Source of the DNA: an uncultured bacterium
GTDB lineage: Bacteria > Hinthialibacterota > Hinthialibacteria > Hinthialibacterales > Hinthialibacteraceae
Direction of reading: 5' to 3'
Assembly (NCBI GenBank): GCA_964643335.1
Contig: CAZXSQ010000001.1
Span: forward strand, 2,844 to 50,723
Length of the DNA stretch: 47,880 nucleotides
The position numbers and the translations under genes were made by a program. Numbering within the stretch: the stretch's first letter is position 1; the number at the start of each line of letters is the position of its first letter. Positions 35,680 through 43,917 of this stretch are shown piece after piece. The notes under the pieces are model-generated. The model ran no database searches. It worked only from the letters and a program-made list of their open reading frames with translations, and was not told where the DNA came from.

Positions 35680-36024
35680 CTACATGGAACGATCTGAAAT
35701 ATCTTCCAGCACCAACGTCATCGCCCGCGAGAAAAATTTCCATTCCCGCCTGCTTTGATCCAGAAATTTCTGCCCTTTTGGCGTGAGTTCATAGTTCCGG
35801 ATTTCAGGCCCTTTTTCTCGTTTCACCAGTTTGGACTGCACCATTCCTTCTCGTTCTAGTTTGTGCAGGGAAGGGTAAATGGTCCCTTCTGTCAGATCGA
35901 ATACTCCCAAACTTTTTTCTTGAAGACGGTGATTCAAACTGTATGCATGGCACGGCCCGTCTTCCAACACTGCAAGCAAGAGAACTTTTAAATGACCTTT
36001 GAGTAGTTCACGATTGAATTTCAT
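35680..36024 (-). CDS. PadR-family transcriptional regulator
   Basis: LLKGHLKVLLLAVLEDGPCHAYSL...LTEGTIYPSLHKLEREGMV...YELTPKG is the canonical PadR winged-helix pattern. Confidence 0.9.
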   Translation of the reverse strand: MKFNRELLKGHLKVLLLAVLEDGPCHAYSLNHRLQEKSLGVFDLTEGTIYPSLHKLEREGMVQSKLVKREKGPEIRNYELTPKGQKFLDQSRREWKFFSRAMTLVLEDISDRSM

Positions 36025-36085
36025 GCATATACTCTATAATATAAGGGGTTATAATGTAAAGTATCTTAAGGAAAGAAAAATTGTT

Positions 36086-36199
36086 GTAGGGGCGATTCGG
36101 GAATCGCCCTAATATTGCAGGTATTTAGCGTAGGGGCGATTCGGGAATCGCCCACCTACATGGGTAGATAAGCGGGGGCGGTTCACGAACCGCCCCTAC
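36086..36199. repeat. Three tandem REP-like GC-rich hairpins with GTAG/CTAC feet
   Basis: GTAG-GGGCGATTC-GG-GAATCGCCC at 36086-36110 and again at 36130-36153. GGGGCGGTTC-AC-GAACCGCCCC-TAC at 36175-36199. A small CTAC-ATGG-GTAG palindrome lies between them. Confidence 0.8.
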
Positions 36200-36217
36200 A
36201 GAAACTACTGGTTGTTT

Positions 36218-37066
36218 ATGAAATTCGGTGTACACATTTCCATTGCAGGCGGATTACATACCGGCTTAAAAAGAGCGGTTAAAGTAGGTTGTGAAGCTGT
36301 ACAGCTCTTCTTAGGGAACCCCCGTGGCTGGCGCATGGCACCGCTCAAAGATGAAGACATCGAACTCTTTCAAGAAATACGAAATACCGAAGCCAAACAC
36401 ATTCATCCTATAGCCGCCCATATGCCTTATTTACCGAATTTAGCCTCTTCGGACAAAGAAATATTCGAGAAAAGCGTGGAAAGCCTCCAAGAGAATTTAA
36501 GGCGCTGTGACGCCTTCCAGATCGATTATCTGATCATTCACATGGGCCGAGGAAAGAACCACGGCGGCATAAAAAGAATGCAGGAAGGCATCCTAAGAGC
36601 CTATGATGAAAAGACTTACAATGTCTGCCTTCTCATTGAAAATACAGCAGGGCAGGGAAACGAAATAGGATTCCAACTACCTGAAATTTCTGAACTTTAC
36701 AATCATCTGCCTGAGTCCATTTCTAAGGGGATATGTCTGGATACCTGTCACGCTTTTGCCGCCGGATATGATATCCGCTCCACTTCAGTCTTAAATAAGA
36801 TAAAAAAAGACATACAACAACACATTGGTTTTATAGAAGTTAAATTAATTCATCTCAATGATGCTATGAAACCGTTGGGCAGCCATATTGACCGCCATGC
36901 CAAAATCGGTGAAGGGGAGATCGGAATAGAGGGCTTCAAAACGTTTGTAAACACTCCAAAATTTAAAACTTTGCCAGGAATACTGGAAATTCCAAGAAAA
37001 AGCGAGGAAGAGGATATAGAGCAACTCAAACTTATTAAATCACTTTCAAACAAGAGGCGTAAGTAA
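36218..37066 (+). CDS. nfo: Endonuclease IV (AP endonuclease family 2)
   Basis: MKFGVHISIAGG, AAHMPYLPNLAS, IIHMG, LIENTAGQGN, LDTCHAFAAGYD, IHLND. These are the Nfo metal-ligand motifs. The ATG at 36218 is preferred over the TTG at 36212. Confidence 0.92.
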   Translation: MKFGVHISIAGGLHTGLKRAVKVGCEAVQLFLGNPRGWRMAPLKDEDIELFQEIRNTEAKHIHPIAAHMPYLPNLASSDKEIFEKSVESLQENLRRCDAFQIDYLIIHMGRGKNHGGIKRMQEGILRAYDEKTYNVCLLIENTAGQGNEIGFQLPEISELYNHLPESISKGICLDTCHAFAAGYDIRSTSVLNKIKKDIQQHIGFIEVKLIHLNDAMKPLGSHIDRHAKIGEGEIGIEGFKTFVNTPKFKTLPGILEIPRKSEEEDIEQLKLIKSLSNKRRK

Positions 37067-37621
37067 CATATTATTAATTAAACTTACCCCATTTTATTGA
37101 ATCTGCATCTCATACAGTAAATTTCTCAAAAAATATGCCATCACAAATTTTCGGACTACTTTTCATGGTTTCCGGTTATTATAATGAATGTTTATTTATG
37201 AAAAATTTGCCTAGCAACTTATATTCGATCTGAAAGGGTAAACACGTTTACAATACTTAATTTCGATTTTAATTTTTGTCTAGAGGCTTTCAAATAGATT
37301 TAATTAAAAATAAGTGTAATAAATCGAATAGGTTATAGATAGAATAAATATATAATATTATAATATAATAACTTTATTGTTTTATAATGATTATTCGAAT
37401 TTGATTATGTTTTTATAATGAAATGATATTATAGTTTCTAATTCGAATAAAACATTTTATTGAGAACAATCAAACCACATTTTACGTACAATAACATTGC
37501 TTATACATTGAAACCGCATACTTTTGGTTCCAATTAAAAAAATTTAGACCTCCATTCTTAAAAAACCTTTAAACATTCTTAAGATAAAAGAACAGGAATC
37601 CCCTATCTATACCATGCAAAG

Positions 37622-37676
37622 GTAGCACAGGCGTCCCGCCTGTACAGTAATAGGGTAAATCAAGCGTCCTCGCTTG
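37622..37676. repeat. Two short GC-rich palindromes next to the dtd 3' end
   Basis: GTAGC-ACAGGCG-TCC-CGCCTGT-AC (37622-37645). CAAGCG-TCCT-CGCTTG (37661-37676). Same word family as 7168-7226. Confidence 0.65.
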
Positions 37677-37701
37677 AACAAGATAGGGAGTAAAAACTCA
37701 T

Positions 37702-38148
37702 TCAAAGGGCAGGGGAGTCAATAATTAAAGTCACCGGGCCATCGTTGACTAATTCAACTTCCATCATGGCCCCAAAAACACCGCCCTCGGTGTGAATTCC
37801 TTTGGAGCGAAGGTATTCAACCGCTTTTTCATACATCGGTTCCGCTTTTTCGGGTCTGGCTGAGGCATCGAATCCTGGCCGGCGGCCCTTACGGCAGTCA
37901 CCATAAAGGGTGAATTGTGAGACCACTAATATCTGACCGTTTATATCTTCTACAGATTGATCAAATTTTCCTTGCTCATCAGGAAATATCCGAAGTTTCC
38001 TGATCTTATCCATGAGCCAAGTTAAGTCATCATCCGTATCTTCTTTGGATACAGCCAGTAAGACAAGCAAACCTCTCTCAATCTTTCCAACACACTTTCC
38101 TTCCACCCGCACTTCGGCACGTGAAACCCGCTGAATCACCGCTCGCAT
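37702..38148 (-). CDS. dtd: D-aminoacyl-tRNA deacylase
   Basis: [17 protein letters not shown]..., [33 protein letters not shown]. Full Dtd pattern. Confidence 0.93.
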   Translation of the reverse strand: MRAVIQRVSRAEVRVEGKCVGKIERGLLVLLAVSKEDTDDDLTWLMDKIRKLRIFPDEQGKFDQSVEDINGQILVVSQFTLYGDCRKGRRPGFDASARPEKAEPMYEKAVEYLRSKGIHTEGGVFGAMMEVELVNDGPVTLIIDSPAL

Positions 38149-38178
38149 AAACTATATCCTTGAAAAAGACACATATTA

Positions 38179-38856
38179 TTAATCAAGCCCTTGTAACAAG
38201 CGTTTTTTATGAATCATATGACGGATTTGTTCAGGAAGTTCGCGAAGCAGCCGTTCAGCCTTCAGCCGTTCAATAGGAACCCCATACTTGCCTTTTCTTT
38301 GCCGGATAACCATTTCATCTTTTTTAATTAAGTCATACAACGCTCTTGCTTTACGTATCTCCACTTCAAGTTCTTCTATTTCTTTCTGGTTTTCTTCACT
38401 ATTGGAATCCATATCGGGAGGACTATTAGAATCAATGTCGGGAGGGCGAATCTCCTGATGAGCCTCATCCAAGGGAGAATGAATCTCATAATCAACCTCA
38501 TTTTCGGCCGGATGGGGAAGGGTAGAAAGAATTGGATTCGGCATACCATCTAATCCCGGTTTCTTGGCCGGGAGAACTGGTAAAGGTTTTTTAGTTGCCA
38601 AGGCGTCCAGCATGAGAAGCAATTGAGGAATCTTCGATGTGGGAATATTCTTAGGCTTGTTCTGCGAATTCGTGGATGAAGGCGGCGGTGCGACTCCCAG
38701 CATAAAAAGAAAACTGTCCTTATCCGAATGATAGATATCCCGCAGTTGCTTAATCATTGACTTCAATTTTGGATCGTTAATGGCTTCTTTTTCAGCCGAT
38801 CGAATTTGTTTTTTCAAATCCGCTTCCAGTTTTTCTCTGTGATCTGAATTATTCAT
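38179..38856 (-). CDS. Hypothetical proline-rich / coiled-coil protein, probably co-transcribed with dtd
   Basis: Clean 225-aa ORF ending 30 nt upstream of dtd. Low-complexity middle (PPPSSTNSQNKPKN; a PPDIDSNSPPDMDSNS internal duplication). No motif recognised. Confidence 0.5.
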   Translation of the reverse strand: MNNSDHREKLEADLKKQIRSAEKEAINDPKLKSMIKQLRDIYHSDKDSFLFMLGVAPPPSSTNSQNKPKNIPTSKIPQLLLMLDALATKKPLPVLPAKKPGLDGMPNPILSTLPHPAENEVDYEIHSPLDEAHQEIRPPDIDSNSPPDMDSNSEENQKEIEELEVEIRKARALYDLIKKDEMVIRQRKGKYGVPIERLKAERLLRELPEQIRHMIHKKRLLQGLD

Positions 38857-38996
38857 AAAAGCCCATTTCCAGCTTCACACAGTATAGAGAGTGATTTCTT
38901 AAACACATTATACACATGAATATTTATCGGTAAAATCAGAAGATAGTAAAATACTTCTTCCTCCATACGCGAATAAAATGTATCATCTTGGAGTGC

Positions 38997-39112
38997 GGTT
39001 GTCTCAAAACTATGTTAGATGAGGAAGATACCACAACATAGGGCAAGCACATAGGTTTGACCCTACTATATGTAGGGTTAGACCTATGTGTCTAACCTTT
39101 TATGAGACAACC
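38997..39112. repeat. 116-bp element bounded by perfect 10-bp inverted repeats and containing two REP-like hairpins
   Basis: GGTTGTCTCA (38997-39006) / TGAGACAACC (39103-39112). Inside: a degenerate AGGGCAAGC-ACATAG-GTTTGACCCT (~39040-39066), and GTAG-GGTTAGAC-CTATGT-GTCTAACC (39072-39097; 8-bp perfect stem). Confidence 0.7.
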
Positions 39113-39248
39113 CATTTGAAGTACAGACATCTGGTCTATAACACCATGAATGCACAGTAATGGTTTAAATTAAACCTGCTTTTTAGTATAATCACATAAA
39201 TTGGATCATAAATAAATGAGAATAACTCAAAAAGAGAGACCACAATAA

Positions 39249-40286
39249 ATGAAAAAAAGGTATTTGTTTCATAAAACGTTAACGGCGATTTTGTTTATAA
39301 CCTCCGCTTTTGTTTGGATTGAAGGATGTGCAGGTCCTGAAGGACCGGCCTTAAAAGAAAATGTCAATCAAGCGTTGGAACATTATTATCGCGGGGAACA
39401 GCTGGAAAGAAAACGGGATTATGAAGGCGCGAAAGAGGAATATCTAGCCTCGATTGAAATATCACCGAGACCTAGAGCCTATTTCCGCCTGGCCCAGGTT
39501 ACCGCCGCTCTGGGGGATATAGACAAAGCCATTGGATACCTTGATGAAGCGCTTCGTTTAAGCCCAAATTATGAGGCTGCTGCTCAAGCCAAAAAACAGC
39601 TTGTATTACGTAAACAAACAAAATCCAGTGAGTTAAGTTCTGAAGCAGTAAAACAAACTCAAGAAGATAAAGAGGAAAAGGTCAGTATAACCGAACTTCC
39701 AGCCGAAGGCGAAGTTCCACAAGTTGAAGTAACTTCTGAAGAAGAAACAGTAGAAGAAATAACTCAACCTCAAACTCAGGAGGAACCAACAGAACAAGAA
39801 CAACAGAAACCAAATCTGGATTCTGAAGCTCAGTCATTACTGCAATCAGCCAGAAAAGCCGAGGCAGCGAAGGATTGGGTACGCTCGGCTTCTTTAGGTC
39901 AGCAAATACTTGAGCGCTATCCCAACCATGCCGAAACGCTTAACCGGGTTGGTTTCGCACAATTCCAGCTAGGGAATTTTGACAAAGCCGAAGAATATTT
40001 CCGTCAGGCCACTAAGGCCGATCCTGATTTCGCCGGCGCTTACAACAATCTTGGAGTGGTGTTGGAGAATCTTGGACGCAGCGAAGAAGCGGAAAAAGCG
40101 TATGAACAAGCCATCGAAAGCGGTCATGGCGATGCCTGCTTCAATTTGGCTGTCCTGAAAGAGAAACAGGCTGAATACAAAGAAGCCATCTCTTATTATG
40201 AAAAGTATTTAAAGCACGATAGCTTAAGCATCTATGCAACTCACGCCAGGGAAAGAATAGAAAAATTGCGGCGTATTGAATATTAA
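39249..40286 (+). CDS. Secreted TPR-repeat protein (possible lipoprotein) with an acidic low-complexity linker
   Basis: Signal peptide ending ...FVWIEGCAG (atypical lipobox). TPR motifs (ALEHYYRGEQLERKRDYEGAKEEYLASIEISP; AYNNLGVVLENLGRSEEAEKAYEQAIE). E/Q/T-rich linker. Confidence 0.8.
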   Translation: MKKRYLFHKTLTAILFITSAFVWIEGCAGPEGPALKENVNQALEHYYRGEQLERKRDYEGAKEEYLASIEISPRPRAYFRLAQVTAALGDIDKAIGYLDEALRLSPNYEAAAQAKKQLVLRKQTKSSELSSEAVKQTQEDKEEKVSITELPAEGEVPQVEVTSEEETVEEITQPQTQEEPTEQEQQKPNLDSEAQSLLQSARKAEAAKDWVRSASLGQQILERYPNHAETLNRVGFAQFQLGNFDKAEEYFRQATKADPDFAGAYNNLGVVLENLGRSEEAEKAYEQAIESGHGDACFNLAVLKEKQAEYKEAISYYEKYLKHDSLSIYATHARERIEKLRRIEY

Positions 40287-40707
40287 ATCCCTACAAGGGA
40301 GTGAACCAGTGAGCACCCTAAGCACCCATGCAGAATTGTATCAATTAATCAGCATCCTTGAAAAAACCGAGCAGGAAGTTTTACGCCTTCGCGCAGTGAA
40401 TCAATGGCTTGGCTCGTTACTGTCATTTCCTGAAATACCGAATCATCAAGAGGTCATGTTCATGCTGAAAAACAAGTTTGGTTTCACCAAAGAACAAGCA
40501 AAAAAATTGTATTCGTCCTACCGAAACAAAGACTCCGATCAAGGAAAAAATGAAGGAGGCCAAAAACCTGAAGAGCCCCAATCCATTGATGATAAAATAT
40601 CCATGATCATGGATTATATGCAGGAAACTTCATCCAAACTCGACCGAATTGAAGACGACATCTCCTACCTCAAACAACAAGTGGAAAATATCCTGAAACG
40701 CATCTGA
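40276..40707 (+). CDS. Hypothetical coiled-coil protein; start uncertain
   Basis: The ORF overlaps the TPR gene end by 11 nt. TTG start in the track; an alternative GTG lies at 40309. No motif recognised. Confidence 0.45.
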   Translation: MNIKSLQGSEPVSTLSTHAELYQLISILEKTEQEVLRLRAVNQWLGSLLSFPEIPNHQEVMFMLKNKFGFTKEQAKKLYSSYRNKDSDQGKNEGGQKPEEPQSIDDKISMIMDYMQETSSKLDRIEDDISYLKQQVENILKRI

Positions 40708-40735
40708 TTATTGCTTTTAGTACTATAACATTCCT

Positions 40736-40763
40736 GTAGGGGCAGTTCGCGAACTGTCCCTAC
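40736..40763. repeat. REP-like hairpin with GTAG/CTAC feet; may double as a terminator for the upstream operon
   Basis: GTAG-GGGCAGTTC-GC-GAACTGTCCC-TAC followed by TTT. One stem mismatch. Confidence 0.7.
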
Positions 40764-40788
40764 TTTACGGATAGCAAAGCAAAATTGA

Positions 40789-40867
40789 GGGTGCCAAGGG
40801 CAAGACTGCGAAGCAGTCAGCCCTTGCGGGTAACGCTATCCGGTACCATATAAAGGCTGACTTCGCC
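40789..40867. repeat. Short variant of the 26507-26754 composite repeat
   Basis: GGGTGCCAAGGGCAAG-ACTGCGAAGC-AGT-CAGCCCTTG-CGG shares the GGCAAGGGCAAG / GCGAAGC / CAGCCCTTG blocks, in the same order, with 26507-26530 + 26675-26694. It lacks the ~150-bp inner module. GGCTGACTTCGCC (40855-40867) pairs back onto GCGAAGCAGTCAGCC. Confidence 0.6.
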
Positions 40868-41038
40868 TTTTCTTTTGCCCATTCATTCATTTATAATATA
40901 TTCGCATAAGATATATTATGTAAACTAAAATACCTAGAATAAAATCAATTCGTTCTATGATGCAGTAGGAAAATTTAACAAACAATGTAAAAATACCGGT
41001 TGGAATATCATCTTAATTGAATAGGTACTTTGTTGATC

Positions 41039-43861
41039 ATGTACGGTTTACGGGCTGCCTTCCCGATTTTACTTATTTTAATGTTTCCGGCTGTGAATGT
41101 GGAATCGGCCGTGAATGATTCTTTTATCGTTTGCCCTTCTTCGGACCCAAATAATCCTATCCAAAAAGGTATCGATGAAATTGAACGCGTGCTGGAAAAT
41201 CTGGAATGGAGGGTTACGAAAAGATTTGGATCCGGTACTAGCGATGCCAAGAAGCAAGGCATAGAGATTGTCGTCGCCACGTTTTCAAAACAATGGGCGC
41301 GCTCAGTTGAATATGATATTCTGAAGGATGTGGTCCCCTCCGAACACGAATCCTACTCCGTGCTTGCTTTCCCGAATCCCACCGGATTACGAATTTACGC
41401 TATCGGGATCGATGATACCGGCACCATGTACGCCGCCCTCGATGTGGCTGAACAACTGTGGTTAGGACAGTTCCGCACTGTCGAAACGGTTCAAATCAAG
41501 GAAAAAAAGAAATCTCCGTCCATCCTCTATCGTGGAATCCATCTGTTTATCCATACTCAAGCGCTCGATGATCCTGTATCCTGGTTTCACAATGAAAAAT
41601 TTTGGCATGGATTTTTTTTGCAAATGGCCAAATCACGCTTCAATTTATTGGATTTACACGGCGCATATGACCTGATCACCACTCAATATCCGAATCTGCT
41701 TCCCTACATGGTCTCATTGCCAAAATATCCTGATGTTGGAGTTGGACCAGAAAAAGCCCAAAGAAATCTGTCGTCCCTGCATAACATTATTGAAATGGCC
41801 CATGAATACGGTATCAAAGTATGCCTGATGAACTACAGTGCGTCCTGGTCGATTCCCGATCATCCCGGTTCTGAAGAAACGGAAGAAGGCTTGCGAAACT
41901 ACACAATCGCAGCTCTTAAAAAGGTGCTCGAAACCATTCCCTCTCTTGACGGCCTCGGTTTCCGGGTAGGCGAATCTGGCCAAACAATGGATTTTTATCG
42001 GGCGGCCTATCTGAATGCCTTGTCTGAATTGAACATGTCTCCGGCTCTATTCACTCGAACATGGATGGCCAAGGAAAAAGAAATTTTCGATTTAGCTGAT
42101 GTCTATCCTGGCAATACAGTACTTGAGATCAAATATAATGGAGAACATTTAGGTCTTCCCTACCTGGTGACCGGTGGCAGAATGACTGAATGGCCGGGCT
42201 ATTCGTATGAAAATTACTTGAAACTCCCCCGCAAATACGCTGTCCTCTACCAGATTGAATCGAACGGTGCCCACCGTATATTTCCATGGGGGGATGTAGA
42301 TTTTATCCGCCAGGCACTGAAAAGCACAACATATTGCGAAGCCAATGGGTTTATTTTGAATACCTATTCCACTTATTATCCTCACAGCGACGCCTACACA
42401 AATACAACTCAGACGGATTTACGCTATTATAATTGGACTTATGAACGCGATTGGTTCTGGTTCCTGCTTTGGGGACGTCTCGCCTATGATTTGAACGAAT
42501 CCGAACAATTATTTAAAGATCATTTTCAACATCATTTTAATTCAAATGCAGGAATTTTACTTTATGAGGCTTTAAAAAAAGCGAGCAAAGTAATTCCAAC
42601 AATAACTTCAGTATTCAATCCAGGTCCAAGTAAAAGAAGTTTTGCTCCTGAACTCGATCCACCCCAACAACTCTCCCAATTTCTCAATATTCAACCGCTG
42701 GATGTTTTTGCCATTCGATCCATTTCGGAAGAAGCCAGAGCGGTCATTTCAGGCATTTTCGATGGGAGGCGTTCACCACTTAATATGATGGTTAAGGCTG
42801 TGGAAGAAGCGGAACGGGCAGTTAGCCTCGCGTATGAGGCCGAAACAAACATTAAAAACTCTTTTCCAGAAGGCACATTGAAAACTGAATTCATCAATCG
42901 ATATCGCGAGTGCAAATCCTGGCTGCTCGATTTTCAAGCCTTGTCGGCGTTGGCACGTTGTTATCTGGACAAAATTAGTGCGGCGATAAACCTGGGCATC
43001 TTTATAGAAACGGGCGATGTTCCATCCCTGATGATTGCTTCGGAACGGATCAGACAATGCAGTTCGGCTTGGAATGAGTTGAGCCGAGTCACAAACATAC
43101 ATTACCGTCCCTTTATTGATACTTTGCGGCACGGCACAACACAATTTCATTGGAATATGTTTGATCCAAAAGTCCAAGAAGATATTCAGGAACTAACGGT
43201 GTCTTACAACAATTGGCTGCAATCCTGGCGGGAGAATCCTAAACTGGGACACTTGCCTACTCATAAAGTTCCGCCTCAACAACCGGTTTTGATCACCGTA
43301 TCAATTCCTTCCACGCTTCAGGCGGATAATTTCTTCGTCGATTTCCAAAACAGCGCCGGAGTTTCAGGCCGACTAAAAATGGAACCCGCCAAAATTGAAG
43401 GAGTCTATTATACCGAAATCCCAAGCCGGAATGTTCAGGAAGGTGGGCTTCAATATTATATTTATGGTTCAGTTGGTGGCCGCAGTGTGAGTACACCTGG
43501 ACAAAATGAAGAACCGTATCGTATCATGGTCACCTCCGACAATACTCCCCCTCAAGTTATCGACTTCGAACATTCGGTCACTGAGAGTAAAACTAAGGTT
43601 TCAATTACAGGTGAATTTAAAGATTCTTCAGGTATCGCTGTTGCCAGGATTATATGGAAACCTCTGCCCTCCCGTGAGTTATGGTCTGAATCTGTCATGA
43701 AGCGTATCGGGGATGTTTTTACCGGTTCGTTTCCTTTGACGCCTTCAGGCGCCCAATTTTCCATAGAAATTATGGATCGCTTCAGCAACAGTAACCGCAT
43801 ACCAGATATCAGAAATGGAATTCCCTATCAAACTGTTCCCCCCTTCCCTTCCAGAAGATGA
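41039..43861 (+). CDS. Secreted large hypothetical protein, glycoside-hydrolase-like (GH20/67/115-type N-terminal domain plus TIM-barrel-like core). Weak call.
   Basis: Signal peptide MYGLRAAFPILLILMFPAVNVESA. ...IYAIGIDDTGTMYAALDVAEQL...YRGIHLF resembles the N-domain to catalytic-barrel junction of several GH families. The C-terminus is beta-rich and Ig-like. ATG at 41039 (track TTG at 41030). Confidence 0.5.
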   Translation: MYGLRAAFPILLILMFPAVNVESAVNDSFIVCPSSDPNNPIQKGIDEIERVLENLEWRVTKRFGSGTSDAKKQGIEIVVATFSKQWARSVEYDILKDVVPSEHESYSVLAFPNPTGLRIYAIGIDDTGTMYAALDVAEQLWLGQFRTVETVQIKEKKKSPSILYRGIHLFIHTQALDDPVSWFHNEKFWHGFFLQMAKSRFNLLDLHGAYDLITTQYPNLLPYMVSLPKYPDVGVGPEKAQRNLSSLHNIIEMAHEYGIKVCLMNYSASWSIPDHPGSEETEEGLRNYTIAALKKVLETIPSLDGLGFRVGESGQTMDFYRAAYLNALSELNMSPALFTRTWMAKEKEIFDLADVYPGNTVLEIKYNGEHLGLPYLVTGGRMTEWPGYSYENYLKLPRKYAVLYQIESNGAHRIFPWGDVDFIRQALKSTTYCEANGFILNTYSTYYPHSDAYTNTTQTDLRYYNWTYERDWFWFLLWGRLAYDLNESEQLFKDHFQHHFNSNAGILLYEALKKASKVIPTITSVFNPGPSKRSFAPELDPPQQLSQFLNIQPLDVFAIRSISEEARAVISGIFDGRRSPLNMMVKAVEEAERAVSLAYEAETNIKNSFPEGTLKTEFINRYRECKSWLLDFQALSALARCYLDKISAAINLGIFIETGDVPSLMIASERIRQCSSAWNELSRVTNIHYRPFIDTLRHGTTQFHWNMFDPKVQEDIQELTVSYNNWLQSWRENPKLGHLPTHKVPPQQPVLITVSIPSTLQADNFFVDFQNSAGVSGRLKMEPAKIEGVYYTEIPSRNVQEGGLQYYIYGSVGGRSVSTPGQNEEPYRIMVTSDNTPPQVIDFEHSVTESKTKVSITGEFKDSSGIAVARIIWKPLPSRELWSESVMKRIGDVFTGSFPLTPSGAQFSIEIMDRFSNSNRIPDIRNGIPYQTVPPFPSRR

Positions 43862-43917
43862 TAATTTCTTTGTATTATACAAGGAAATACACAGCAAAAT
43901 TCAATCAGTCCTGGAGG

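Noticed and set aside
35546-35743. Long version of the ORF downstream of PadR (track 35024..35743, 239 aa)
   Set aside because: The first ~66 codons overlap the PadR 3' end in another frame and look non-protein-like. An internal ATG at 35545 starts a plausible signal or anchor sequence.
36086-36153. Two identical 24-25-nt units (GTAGGGGCGATTCGGGAATCGCCC) separated by ~19 nt, which could be read as a mini CRISPR array
   Set aside because: There are only two identical copies, plus a third with a different stem. The units are perfect palindromes of the same GTAG-foot family that is scattered singly elsewhere in the window. The spacer is shorter than CRISPR spacers, and there are no cas genes or leader. 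REP/BIME-like is the better description.
37067-37701. AT-rich spacer read as a replication origin (oriC) or a dif site
   Set aside because: There is no cluster of DnaA-box-like 9-mers (TTATCCACA) and no dnaA, dnaN or xer context. The 12-bp AT palindrome is weak evidence in nearly pure A/T DNA. It is kept as an unexplained spacer rather than called an origin.
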